Shown here: positions 11,411 to 24,600 of the stretch, in pieces
How positions within the stretch are numbered: the stretch's first letter is position 1
Layout: each line of letters opens with the position of its first letter
Source: Eledone cirrhosa
Lineage: Eukaryota
Length of the DNA: 64,000 bases
Reading direction: 5' to 3'
NCBI GenBank assembly: GCA_964016885.1
Contig: OZ024743.1
Location: 6,014,001-6,078,000, forward strand
Notes under the pieces: model-generated
Told to the model about the DNA's origin: nothing
What the model saw: only the letters and a program-made list of their open reading frames with translations
Databases searched by the model: none
Position numbers and translations under genes: made by a program

Positions 11411-12130
11411 TATAGGCTAACGCATATCCGAAAGCTCGAATAAAAGCATATTTAGGTACAGTGAAGGCGTGTGGCTGATTGGTTAGAGAATTGGATTCGC
11501 AATCGTGAGGTTGTCGGGTCGATTCCTGGACCGGGCGATGCGTTATGTCCTTGAGCAAGACACTTTATTTCCCGTTGCTCCTTCTACCTGGAGTTGCGAC
11601 CGCTAGATAGCATTAGTAATTGGTAAGACCAACGGAAACATTGTTTCTTCGGTCCAATTTGACGAAAGACGATCAACAAATTTTTTTTTTTTTCACGTAC
11701 AGAAAAAATAAAACGCCTGCAAAGTTTTGAATGCCAACTTTAATAACTGGAATTCCAATACGTTACCCATTAAGTCATTTTATCATTATTCGTTACTGCA
11801 CTAGGGCATTATTCGTTATATCTTATTTTTGACTGTCCACTCAGCCTTTGATAATTACAAATAAGACATAGCGAATAATATTCACACTGGGTTTACAATT
11901 GTGAGTTCGATTCCCTGATCGGGCAGTGTGTTGTGTCCTTGTGCAAGACACTTTATTTCACGTTGCTCCAGTTCACTCAACTGGAAAAAATGAGTTGTAT
12001 CGCCTTTGCCTTTCCCCTGGACAACACTGGTGATGCGGAGTAGGGAAATTGGTATGTATGGATGACTGCTAGTCTTCCACAAGAAATACCTTTTCTGGGC
12101 TGGTGCCGCGAAGGGGAACTTTCCCATTCT
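11150..12130 (+). mobile_element. Three fragments of tRNA-derived SINE family B
   Basis: Shared gtccttgagcaagacactttatttcacgttgctcc at about 11160, 11545 and 11935. A/B-box-like head at 11466-11535. A minus-strand copy lies at about 29420-29620. Confidence 0.75.
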
Positions 12131-12199
12131 TTCTTGAACTCAAGGCTCTATATACAATACAAAACTTGTAATATAAACAGGATTACAAACATATAATGA

Positions 12200-12392
12200 T
12201 TTCTACTACAGGCACAAGGCCAGCAATTTTTGGGGAGGGGAAAGTCGATTAAATCGACCTCAGTGCATTACTGGTACTTTATTTTATCGACCTCGTAAGG
12301 ATGAAAGGCAAAGCTAACCTCGTAAAGGGGCGTAACTCTATGCTGCAAAGCATTGTGTCCGACGCTCTACTGATACTGCCAATCCACTGCCC
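12200..12392 (-). mobile_element. SINE family A copy
   Basis: Reverse complement of the family A core. Confidence 0.85.
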
Positions 12393-12914
12393 TGTTCATG
12401 TATATGATAGAAGATAGTTTGGTAAAATGTAATAAAATATATTAAGCTAAAAATTGAGCACAGAAAACAAATATGGACATCATACCAAAAGAGAGACGAA
12501 AGTAAGATCAGAGTATCCAACTAATATCTTCCTGTCCAATCACCTTTTGTAAATTAGGATGTCATCTTTTGAGCAGCTCCCCTTTGATATGGTTTTCACA
12601 AATCAGCACAACATTCAGAATTTTTATTAGATTATTGGTTCTGTTGGTTATAGTGGCTTTAGTGAAGATGGTAGTAGGTGGTAAGAATGTGCACACAAAG
12701 GTATTTAGCTCAATGTAATGAGGTATTCAATAAATTTCAAAAAAAATATATTGATAAAAAACAAAAACAAAAAACCCACTTAAATATAAACAAAAAAACA
12801 AAACAGGACTTAAATGGTGTTCATCCCATTATTTCTTTTCCTCAAAAGTCTTAAAATATATATTTTAATATAACTTAATGATACCTTTAAATAATCCATG
12901 TTTCGTTTATTTAG

Positions 12915-13090
12915 GTGCCACAGTGCTATTGGGTTCAAAGGTCATGCTCAGACATTAACTCTCGGTCGTGGATGTCAGCGTAAAGGAATTGCTGTACATG
13001 AACTTTTGCATGCTCTGGGTTTTTTCCACGAACAGAGCCGGCCTGACCGAGACAATTACATAACAGTTGTTTTGAGTAATATTATTAAAG
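12915..13090 (+). CDS. Astacin catalytic exon (HELLHALGFFHEQSRPDRD)
   Basis: Astacin signature HExxHxxGFxHExxRxDRD; atttag acceptor, gtaagt donor, 176 nt, phase 2-1. Confidence 0.98.
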
Positions 13091-13381
13091 GTAAGTCGGC
13101 TAAATAGACATTATTTATAGAATGTTCACAAACTTCTTCCACTAGATTTTTTATAATTAGCTTATTTATGGTGGTAGACTGATAAAACTTGTTACTGGAC
13201 AAGAAATGACACCGAAAGATAAAAAAAAAAAATGTCGACTGTATATATTTTGCCATCTCACCCCTTTTACTTGCATACCTATCTTTAAGTATGTATCTGT
13301 TTTGATTATATGAATTTATGCATAAATGAAATAGTCATAGATGCATTATAAAAGACGTTTTATTTAAATATTTTTTTTTAG

Positions 13382-13602
13382 GTAAAGAAGGTAATTTTAG
13401 AAAATATTACCCACCTGCTATTAACACCCAGGGGTTTCCTTATGATTACAATTCTATAATGCATTATGGATCACACGCGTTTGCTAAAGATAGAAGGAAA
13501 CCTACAATTATTACTAAAAAGATAGGTGCCCGAATTGGCCAACGAAGTCATCTCAGCTCGATTGACATTATGGAAATAAAGAAATTATATAAGTGTAAAT
13601 GA
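13382..13602 (+). CDS. Astacin last coding exon (YDYNSIMHY Met-turn ... IGQRSHLSSIDIMEIKKLYKCK*)
   Basis: Poly-T + ag acceptor, phase 1; SxMHY Met-turn, GQR and LYxC motifs; TGA at 13600-13602. Confidence 0.97.
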
Positions 13603-13741
13603 TAGGTAAGTTTGAATTTTGACTATTATTGTTTTTCTTACCGCCATTACTTAGCATGCCATCAAATCCACTCTGATGCTTCACATAGAATTTCGATTAC
13701 TTTTATCATGTTGGATATGATTTCTTTTCAATTATTATTAG

Positions 13742-14310
13742 TCACTATGCTTTGCAGCATAGAGTTATGGCTCTTTACGTTCTGTGTTTAAATCTCGCCG
13801 AGGTTAGCTTTGCTTTTTATCCTTTCGGAGTTGATAAAATAAAGTACCAGTAATGCACTGGGTCGATTTAATCGACTTCGCTTCTCCCAAAATTACTGGC
13901 CTTGTGCCTAAAGTAGAAACAATTAGTAGTCACTATGCTTTGTAGCATAGAGTTATGGCCCTTTACATTCTGTGTTCAAATCCTGCAGAGGTTAGCTTTG
14001 CCTTTCATCCTTACGGGGTCGATGAAATAAAGTACCAGTGACGCACTGGGGTCGATTTAATCGACTTCCCTTCCCCCCAAATTACTGGCCTTGTGCCTAA
14101 AGTAGAAACAATTATTAGTCACTATATTAGAACGTTGCTTTGCGGTACTTCCGATTCTTTACATTCTGGGTTCAAATCTCGTCGAACTTAACTTTGCCTT
14201 TCATCCGTTCTGGTCAATAAAATAAAGTACCTGTCAAGTACTGGGTCGATTTAATCGACTTTCCCGCCCTCGCAAAATTGCTGACCTTGTGCCTAAAGTA
14301 GAAATCATTA
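13742..14310 (+). mobile_element. Head-to-tail trimer of 5'-truncated SINE A copies
   Basis: Three units of about 187 bp, each starting agtcactat and ending cttgtgcctaaagtagaaa. Confidence 0.88.
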
Positions 14311-17300
14311 TTAGTTACTTGGCAGATGTGGGACGTTTAAGTTTACTATTAACTTGCTTAGATTAACGAGTCTCTGAGCTGAGAGATGCTGCTTTTGCAA
14401 CATTTATTGGAAGCTTGTTTTAAGAAGAAAATTAAGACATGTTTTCATTGTTTGGACCCCTCTCTTGCTTCTTAGAATTGTTTAATTTGTTAGTCTTGTT
14501 TCAACTTCATTGTAGATCAATAACTGGCCCTTTCCGTCGTAATTTCCTTTTTTAATAATCAAGAGGGGAAAATGCGTTCTTGACTTTTTTTTCAGGGTCT
14601 CCGTGATTAGAGAAAGGCAGGGACGAATTTATTCTTAGACCTGATCTGAATGTTTACAAAAGTACTCACTGGTCAGATGGTGGTGTTAAATCGTGCAATA
14701 GATTATTAAGTCTGCCACCCATCTACGAAGTTTCACTCACAAGACTTTGGTTGACCCAAGGATATGGAAGAAGACATTTGCCCAAGGTGATTCGCTGTTG
14801 TTAAGTGGAATTCTTAAACAACAATAATTCATGCTTTTGCTCATAAACAGCTGTTTTTTCGATCTTCTGAATTGTAAAGCGTCTATGTTTGTTGGACGCA
14901 GCATGGCCAAATGGTTAAAACGTTTGCTTAACAATCATAAGGTCTCGGGTTTGATCTTACTGCGTGGTATCTTGGGCAAGTGTCAATTATCTCGGATTGA
15001 CTCAAGACCTGTGAATGAATCTGGATAGACGGAAACAGTTTAGAAGCTCGTCGGATAGACTGTATTTCTAATTCAAAGAGAATCACGTTAAGATCATACG
15101 TGTCTGTGAAATATTCTCCCAATTTCATTTCCCGAGGAAGCTGTTTCGTTGATCGAATAACTGGATCATGCATGGTTAAAACCGACGAAGGCCCATTCCA
15201 TATGTTTGCTAATTATCAAAATATTCAATATAATTCAGTCTACTAATACCTTCCTTATAACTAGTAGATAATTCCGAATTAGGTAGATAAAGTATTAATA
15301 TGCTCTTATACCTAAAATCAAAGCATGTGATGTTTATTTCATTTTTAGAGCATCATTAAAATGAAATGGTTTTATCACAAGAATATAATAACAAATAAAT
15401 TGCTATTTTCTTTTTTATCGGCAGGTTTATTAAGAGAGACGGCACAACAGACAAGATACTATTTTCGTTAATAAACAATTCACCACAAAGTTTTGCGTAT
15501 CTTATGACTGATTTCTTAATGATTCACTCTTGAAACTTTATCACGTAATTTGTTGAATGTGTATTAGACTAGTTACACATCATATACTGAAAGTTGTATA
15601 AATTAGAGGGGAAATGAAAGTGGGGTGTAAAATTTTCTGTCTTAATATATCGTAATTTTTAGTATTCATTATATTTTTACATCCAACCATATTCTACAGT
15701 AGTGTCAAGCAGCGGAAAGACGCTGGATAAAACAGATGAGTAAACTGAAATTTAGTCTAGGACACAATATATAACAAAATGCTAAAAGAGAACTATAAGT
15801 ACGCAACCTAAATAGCCAGGAATTTGTGATGCCAACCCACGTCTCAGTTACTGCTGTGCTAAATGTTATTGATTTCGACATGATCAGTGTTACACATAAA
15901 TAGATAATTCGGAAGATCTTGCTTGACAACACATAAATGTGCTACTCTCAAAACAAATGAAATTTACATAACAAATATAACAATTCCCAAGTGAGTAAAC
16001 AGTTAAACACGTTTAAAAGAATTATTCCAGTTACACAGATTATCTGAAAGACGTTATCTTTTAATGTAAATTGATATCATTGCACAAAGGAGGATGAGAA
16101 TGTAAAGTAATTTACAACAAATATTAAAGGTTTGGCAATGAAGAGTTGTATGGTAGGATGAAAAAAGATAACCTTTTCCGAATAACGAAAATCGGTATAA
16201 ACTGGTGGAGTGGCTGTTTCAGTGCGTCTCCCTCGCTGTCCCTCGGGGCAATGCATTCTCCATCCTGTCAGCCAGGACCCAGAGGCGGAGGGTAAGTTAG
16301 TTGGTTGTGGAGGATACTCGCTCGGACGTCACTTCAACAACTAAACTATATTTACATGTGAAGTACATAAACTGGTACTTTCCGTAGCGTTAGACACATA
16401 AGTCTTGTCTAGGTAAGACACTGGTCTGCGACCAAAAGCATTTCCTAGGAAAGGAATTGAACTCTTGAACTCAGCCCCCCCCCCCCCCCCCCCCCAATAA
16501 AAACCCCGTGAGTGATGTTCGTCGATGTTGCCCCTAGAGGCGAAAGTTTATATATTTAGAAGAAATTTAGATAAACTAAAAATTAAGGTAATTGAAAAAC
16601 CAGAAACTCCCATAAAATCCCCGACAGCAGAATTTACTTCTTTAAGACCCCTTCCCCCAGTAATGATAGAAAGTGTATAATCTGCATGGTAATCCCACAG
16701 AAAAACTAAAACTAGAAATATAATATATAGCATATGATGCACAAAGGGACAGTATAGGAGAAAGGATATGAGCACTGGCGAGAACTAAATAAAAACGAGA
16801 AATTCTTGCCAGTGCTCCACCAACATACCAAACTAGAATATGGTGACTCACTATTTGAGATAAAAATTACATCTGCACACCTAAGAGAGGAAATGTTCTG
16901 ACAGATTAAGAAAGCCACGCAATTAACAGAAATTGAACCATCCTTTAACAGAAATCATAAATGGAATAGCAACAACCCCACACTCTAGAGATTGATGAAA
17001 AATATAAGGATACATAAGAATCAATACAAAGGGCTGCACAATAAATTCAACCTCGATAGAATACAGGAACAGAATAATAACTACCTAGTGGTGAGGGAAA
17101 GAGATATATATATTTAAAAAAAGCAACATTTGTTCGCCCTAACACTACACATCAATAGAAGTTTGAAAATTGAAATGTAAAATTGTTGCTTAGTTTAGGT
17201 AGTTAGGAAAACAGCAACAACTCAACTAAAAATAAGGCGATTTATAAAATAATGCTTTGGTAGTGTATTTATTGTAAAGACCGCATTGAATAATACCTTA

Positions 17301-17789
17301 CGCAGTCGTTATTTGACTCTGATCGAACGGACCTATGTTGAAAGACATTTCAGTCGTGAAAATGCCGTCTTTTTATGGGTAACTCGAAATATGCAATCTA
17401 ACGTGTACTGTAAGGTGAGATTTTAGGCAGATTTGGCTGCTATATCTTGTATGTCAAGCGGTTACTTTAGAAGCTCTTTCATTGACTCGAATATACAAAA
17501 TTTCTAAAATCTAAATATGACAGGGTTTGCAGCAGCGTTAGTTTGACATTATAAAGAGAAGTAGAGTTAGAAGTGGTTGCTGTGTTGACTGTGACTTATG
17601 TGTTTATTGAGTTACCAGCTACTTCCTCTGTATCCTGTTAACTAACTGTAATTAGGAAAGTGTTTGTTTTCAACACTTTCAGAAGTGTCCACTACACGAT
17701 CTCTTTCGCCATGGCTACAAGGCAGATAAAAAAATGTCTTCTCGGCCTCGGCTACAGTAAGGCGGCGGGGCAATCTTCACGACGGAGTC

Positions 17790-18480
17790 AGCTGATAGCC
17801 AGACCCGTTCTACAAGTGACAACAGATGTTTGTCATAAAGTTGCAAATCAGCAATACCCAGACTCCGATGAGTGAGTGCAGGATAGTTTCGTCGCCCTGC
17901 CCGCATCTCGTACAAGCCTGTAGGGTTTATCTCGAACTGGCAATAAACCCAGGTAGTACTGCCAGGTCAGGGGATTCTGGAAGTTATCCATGGGCCCTGA
18001 ACCAAAAATTCTCCGGAAAAGAGCGTCGTCGCTTTTACCCTCCACTAACCCTCTATAGAAAACCAAAGTGGATTTCCCCCCGATCGCAGTGCCCAACCGG
18101 TAGAGTGCTGTGAGTTCTTGAAGATATTCCAGTTTGGAAGCGATCCCTCATTGTGTGAAAGAAGGACTTATTTCCAAGCCAAGCTTTGTATTGTAAGCCT
18201 CCTTCTTTGCTCGGATAGCACCTTTAACCTCTTGATTGAACCAAGGGAGTCTCCTGTCACCCTGTGCCACACCAAGGCACTTTCGCCCACAGTCATTGAC
18301 AGCTAAAGCAGAAACTGCTGAGCTGAACATTCTCCGCCTCGTTTTAACGTCCCCAGTCTGTTCAGGGAGTATTCTAAATTCGGACGCAACTGTATCCTCA
18401 AACCTGTTCCTGATTTCCTTATCCACCAAAATAACTTGTCAAATGGTTTCTGCACAATCAGAAGATTCTTCACACAGTTC
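17790..18480 (-). mobile_element. Rearranged RTE-like LINE fragment
   Basis: PWFNQEVKGAIRAKKEAY (endonuclease-RT linker motif) in ORF 18148-18429. Confidence 0.65.
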
Positions 18481-19134
18481 CTATAGCCAGTCAAATATAG
18501 ATGAAGTTTACTCTGGACTTTGCAAAGACTTTTGACAAAGTTTGACATAAATAATACCTTAAACAGAGTGATCGCAAAGAGAGTCTACGGTGCTCCTTCT
18601 GCTGGGTCAACTATCTAGAATACAGTACCGCAAAGGATTGTATCGAAATCGTTATTATTTGTAAAGATTCACTGAGGTTTATCTTTAGTTTTCGGAACAG
18701 TCACATTCACTACATATCAAAGGCAATCGAAATGTCTCGATGAATAGTCACCTACAAAATTCTATAGTCACCATGTACAGATGTGCTGAAGTAAAGAACC
18801 CGAAATTTAATACTAGAAAGTTTCGAGCACTTCACTATCAACTTACAGTATAATACAGCCTGGATGCAGAGATTACAACACTTACTGGGGTGTTGTAAGA
18901 TTCTAGAGGGGCTCGCTCATTCCTATTTGATAATTTGAGATCTGTTACAGTGAACCTATTTAATGTTCTACAAGTAGCTAAACTATGGGGTGGGTGAGAG
19001 ATGTCTTCTCCTGTGAAAATTGGCATAGTTTTCATTATGTAAAATCTCCCCATTTTGCTTCATTTCTCCTCGTACAGGGACACTGTGTTAATGGTACTCC
19101 TCGTTTGGCTTTTTAGAGGTTGGCGTGTTTGATA

Positions 19135-19450
19135 AGATTCTAATCATCCTCCCAATATATTGAAAGATATTAGAATATATAACATATCCTCAGATAGAGA
19201 AACCTTCAACAAATCAGTAATGCAATGGAAAACACTTCTTTAAAAAGCTTTACTTTCAATTCAAGCACGAGTAAGCAATAAAACAACCAAAAACAACAAT
19301 CTACTCTCCAACAAAAAGATAAAATCAATTATAGCTAGACATTTCTTAGCCCTAATTAAAAATTACTTCTTAATTAGGCGCAAGTACAAATATTGTTTAT
19401 CAAAATCGCCAAACCTTTATCAAACACACCCTACTAAATACGTCATTGAG
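19135..19450 (+). mobile_element. Highly decayed Penelope-like (Neptune) relic
   Basis: Fragments SNHPPNILKDI, NISSDRETFNKS and IARHFLALIKNYF parallel the element at 32790-33864. Confidence 0.5.
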
Positions 19451-19874
19451 AATCATAATCTATAAAGTCATAAATAAAGGCCACATTGTCATTATGAATA
19501 CTAGTAGTTGACTTTTATATTGACCTAGATAAACCATCGCTCCTGAATTCAGTGGTGATATATAAATTTTGGGCAACGTGAAAATAGTTACAATTAGCAA
19601 CACATTTAGGCAGAAATTCATTAAGACTATATTATTACTATGTCAGTATATCATAGCATTATTTCTCATATAAACTATGTCGATATGCATTTACCAGTGG
19701 TTCACTATATTTATCTATAATTACCCTGTATTTATCTATATTTACCCAGTAACTTCAGATCATAAGACAAATCAGTCTTATGATTATAATAATCTGCACA
19801 TCTGCAGAGGTATAGACAACTACGAATTGCAACAAAACTGGGATGAAATAATATGCATTAACGATATAATATTG

Positions 19875-20072
19875 GTTTCTGATTTAGGCACGAGGCCAGC
19901 AATTTTGGGAGAGGGGAAAGTCGATTAATTCAATCCAAGTATGTTACTGGTACTTTATTTTATCGACCCTATAAGGATGAAACGCAAAGCTATCCTCGGC
20001 AGGATATGAACGTAAAAGGCCGTAACTATATGCCGCAAAGCATGTCTGACGCTCTACCGATACTGCCAATCC
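19875..20072 (-). mobile_element. SINE family A copy
   Basis: Reverse complement of the family A core. Confidence 0.85.
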
Positions 20073-20524
20073 CCCCCCCCCCCCTCATTAACGATATAAT
20101 ATTACTACTAATTTAATATTGTCAAAATTATTTTAATAAATTTCCTTTGATGTAATTTTCTGTTGTTTTGTTTTTCATCAACCCTCGATTCCTTCTTTTT
20201 CATGTAGGATTCCATTGTACATGTAGCTACTGAAGTCTTCTTACACTTACAGTGATCAATGAAACTATTAGCGATTCATTTAACCCCAATGTTGTCTGGT
20301 ATTACCTTATCAATTTTAGAATAATAAAATGTAAAGCTATCAACTCGGAACATAAAACGATGTAACTTCCAGCACTACTATTTTTGAAACCTTTTGGCAT
20401 AAATAAATGCCACAAAAATGATGTTGTTTCAACTGAAGAAAAACATTAACAAATAACCTTTGTCAATGAATGTTTTGTTGTTGTTGTTGTTGTTGTTTTT
20501 TTGTCTTTATTTTTTCTATTGGTG

Positions 20525-21385
20525 TCTCTAAGTTCGATATCACTGGAGCTGCTACCAAATATTCGGCTTTTACCTTGGTTGACACTCTCACTGTGACTGT
20601 CAACATTGAACAGTAAGGAGTGTTGCTATGGATCACAATATCCCAAAATGAGAATGCTTCTAGCTGGAGACCACCTGTGAAAACCTTATCTCCAATGAAA
20701 GCCCCTCGTGTATCCACGTGTAAAAGTACGAATAATGCTACGGCACTCGTGAAAGCTGGCGTCCTTGTTCCTCCAACAGAGCAAGTAATAAACGTTGGTT
20801 TGTAGAACAAAGTCCGCATCATCAGTATACAAAAGTTCTAAAATTAGCACATTGAATGTCACAGATTCATTATTAAATCTTTTAAAATTAAAGACTTACT
20901 CGGGTCTCGATTACAACTGTGAAAGGCATTAGCAAGGAGAACGGAAAAGTATATTGCAAAGAGTCTCTGAGAAGGAATGTCTCCTTGCTTACCACCGTTG
21001 TCTACAAAAAAATTGTTCCGAGAGTTTTCCATTAAATACAACCCTGGCCATCATGTCTTAATGTAGTTGTTTGAAGATCTGCAAAGATTTCTGTGAAAAC
21101 CATAATTTACTAAAAATGATCCATTTTGACTGTTTCAAAACTCTTAGTCATGTCGATAAAAACTACATACAAAGGTAATGTGCTGTTCTGTGCATTTTTT
21201 CTGCAGCTTTCTACCCAAGAAGATCATATCCACTGGCCCCCTTTCTTGCTCTAAAACTAGATTGAGTTTCTGGAAGAATCAGTGGCCATATATCTTCTGA
21301 AAGGCGATTCAGCACCAGCCTAGATATTGCATTTCCAACAGTTTCTTGTAGTGTAATCACATGGGAATTGTTACAATTGGATACG
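20525..21385 (-). mobile_element. Decayed RTE-clade LINE reverse transcriptase fragment
   Basis: Minus-strand motifs ILPETQSSFR, NGGKQGDIPS..LFAIYF and ELLYTDDADFV, with frameshifts. Confidence 0.8.
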
Positions 21386-21431
21386 TACATACATACATAC
21401 ATACATACATACATACATACATACATACATA

Positions 21432-21752
21432 CATGGTGGCTGCCAACTCGTTTTCGAGTACGGCCACTACTTTATATCCATGTAGGAGAACCCCTACCGA
21501 TGCGCTGAGCGAGTGCTATTTAGTCCAGCCAGCGACTTGAAAACTCTGGTACAAACACTACACTTGTGACAATTATTGACACATAGTGCTGGGCCCATGG
21601 TACCATGTGACGACAAGTGCAGAGAGATCTCCAGATATAAAGCAATGCCTGTGCCGTGAAGCTTTTATAGTGAGCAAAGGCACTGCACAAAGCCAGTCCC
21701 ACTCCCTTAACCAAGATGATATTTACCAAAAAGAAGAACAAGTCAACATCAT
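21432..21752 (-). mobile_element. Non-autonomous RTE derivative, 3' part
   Basis: Near-identical to 38405-38720; encodes a terminal finger [16 protein letters not shown]; flanked by (CATA)n and (CAGA)n. Confidence 0.8.
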
Positions 21753-21768
21753 ACATACATGCATACAT

Positions 21769-21799
<31 letters not shown>

Positions 21800-23179
21800 C
21801 AGACTGATAGGCATACACTTAGCAATTATTGGTGTTTTTGGTAACAATTAAACGCTGAACATTATGTTAAGTACAGCATTCTTTTGTAGCTTTTTCGAGT
21901 ACTATACCACTAGTTATATAGTTTCTGATTTATTTATTTCATATTTCGGAAGTGTGTTCAGAATGTAATTTTTTTCCTATAAACTAGATACAAAGCGCAC
22001 TCCTTAAAATAGTTCTAACAATTGGATGGTTTTTAATTTAGTAGGTAATATATTTTTATCAAATTATAGTTGAACTCATACAAAAAAACTTAGTAATATA
22101 TCATCTATGAAGTCATATATCAGTGTTTATTTTAAGGAAATTTTAGAACTGCACAACCCTTTGAGGTTGATGCCATGAACTAGCGTTTGATATTCTCTGG
22201 GTCTCAAAAGAATTTGTAATGGATATTTTAAGCATTTTATGAATGTTTAAAGTCTTTTAACAATAATTTAGCATTTAAGCGTATGTTGTATTTGACAGAA
22301 AATGTAAATTCATTGCATAGAATTAGATTTAGAACAGGACAAAATTAGATTTAGAAGGGCACAAGCTGTGGTCAACTGCACATTAAAACAGTCACTCTCA
22401 TTTATAACATTTTATTTCATAACATTTCGAATACAATTTTAACTTTAATTTCAATTCCCGTACATTTATTGGACCACACAATTACAGCAAATTACAATGT
22501 ATAAACAGTCAAAATTGAATAAAGCATTTATCTTCGAATCTCCTTGACAAAGGCCACCAGCCACTGATCTTTTCAGACATTTAGAGAAATCTAACATCAA
22601 TGGAAGCTTTTTGTTGCATCCCTCTTAAATTTGGAGCAAAAATACTATTGTTATTTTGGTTATCAAGCTTTAATTCGCTTGAGTTTAAAATTTAAAATTT
22701 ACTGTATATGACATTCAATAAACCGAATATACTTTATTTTCTCCATATAATTTCTGATATAGACAGAAGGTAGCAATTTGGGTGGGAGGAAGAGGAAGTC
22801 GATTAAATCAATCGACTTGTTTTTTTTTAAAGAGAGAGATTTTATTCACAGTTGTATGAATAACATTATAAATATGCTTTAAATGTGTAGCATATTTAAA
22901 TAGAAATGCGTAAATAACATTATAAATTGTTCGCAATTCGTTCAAAAGAACATTACAAAAATAATGTCGTTGATAAACAAGCATAAAAGAGAGAAAAACA
23001 GGTGGGGGAGAAAAAACCAAAACGACCATCTTGATTGGTACTATATTTTATCGAACTTGAAAGAATAGACGATTAAGTTAACCTCGGCGGGATTTGAAAC
23101 TAGAACATAGACGACCACAACGAAATAGTGCAATGAAAGTCAACCGACGCTCTAAATATTTTGCCTAACCACCGCCCAA

Positions 23180-24600
23180 CTGAGGTTGCAGCAGAAGACC
23201 AGCAGAACCTGGGTCAGTCGCAGACTGCACCAGGTTGCGGCTGGAGAAATGTCGCTGCAAGTGGCATCCCAGACGAAGGGTTTTCCACCGCGGAACGGGA
23301 AGATAGTCATATCGTCTTGCCTTTTGCCGTCCGCTCGGTCCAGCTCCACCGGCACGAGCTGGGAGGCGAAGCCTGCAGCATCCAAGCCATGCTTTATGAC
23401 CACGTTGAGGGCAGCATGGCGTGGAAGGCGACCGGCACTGTAGCGACAGGAAAGCGGGTGGAGACCGAAAGAATCCACGGTGGATCCGCAGCAACATTTG
23501 TGTGGCTCGCAGGTCTGGAGGCCAAGCCTCAGAGAAACGCCGATGCGCAGGCTATCGTTATCCAGCTGCGTGCCAGTGGAGAAGGAAGGTAAGGCATGGA
23601 GCCAGGCACCACTGTGAGGTTTGGAGGCCGCGCGAAAACAGACAAGGCGGTGCTGGTCGAGCTGGCGCGTGAGCCTGTTTGACGCCAGGTTGCACTGGAT
23701 GGCATCTCAAGTGCTTTGGGGGGACTTGACGTCAGCAAGGGGAAAAGGAGGAGGGACGTATATTGGACTAAGTCCTAGCAGGTCCCACGTCTCGCAGGCG
23801 GCTCACGTTCCTCAATCACAGAGGGTTCTGTTGTGTTTTGGAGAACCCTGCTGACGAGGACGCGGCATGAGGTTACCGACGAAAGAAACGCCGGCAAAGC
23901 CAACGAGATCGGGGACCGGAGGCTAAGACCACTATATCTAACAGGTAAGGTGGCCTGCTGCCATCCAATGTCGTCAAACCTGAGGTTGCATATCTCCTCA
24001 GCTGCAGCTCGGATACAAGTATCGAAGTCAGCGAGGAGAGATGCGTGGCTGTACTACGGAGCGCTGCGAAGGGTATAGAGGAGCTTCGGCATGCCGAAGC
24101 AGTTCCTGAACAGGAAGAGGGCTGGATGGCCGTCAATTATGCCCAGTCGACTCATGAGGGTCTTGAGTTGCTTGAGCCTGTACCTGATGGTGGAGCGGAT
24201 GGCCGGTGGGTGGATCGGTGATCCGAGGATGAGGACATCCTCTTTGAGGGTCACCTGTACCTGGTGGAGAATGGACTACGCGTCCGAGACGGAGGCTGCA
24301 AAGCTCTCAGCATCGTAGTTGACATTCACCACCTCCGACTTGGACGAGTTGACCTGGAGGCCGATTTCCGCCAGGACAGGAACCACCGATTGTAGGTCGT
24401 GGCAGACAAACTCTACGGGCTCGCCCAACGTAGCATCATCCAGGTACCAAAAGTTGAGAGAAGCCGAGGTACTCCGGGCAATGTGGTCTATACCAAGAGC
24501 AAACGGGGGAGGGGGGACAAGGGGGGTCACCCTGTTGGACTCCAGTGACTGAAGGTATGACCGTATCAGCAGGAAGAAGCATGAGCCTGTATGAGGCCTG
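23180..24600 (-). mobile_element. CRE-clade non-LTR retrotransposon fragment (RT plus restriction-like endonuclease), frameshifted
   Basis: GC-rich island with NFWYLDDATLG (RT) and LSCRYSAGRLPRH...DGKRQDDMTIFPF..GKPFVWDATC (zinc knuckle and RLE). Confidence 0.82.

Noticed and set aside
11466-11535. tRNA gene
   Set aside because: The tRNA-like A/B boxes continue into a repeated SINE body, and the cloverleaf is imperfect.
20463-20822. 119-aa host protein ORF
   Set aside because: It is a shifted reading of a decayed RTE reverse transcriptase (YTDD motif in another frame).
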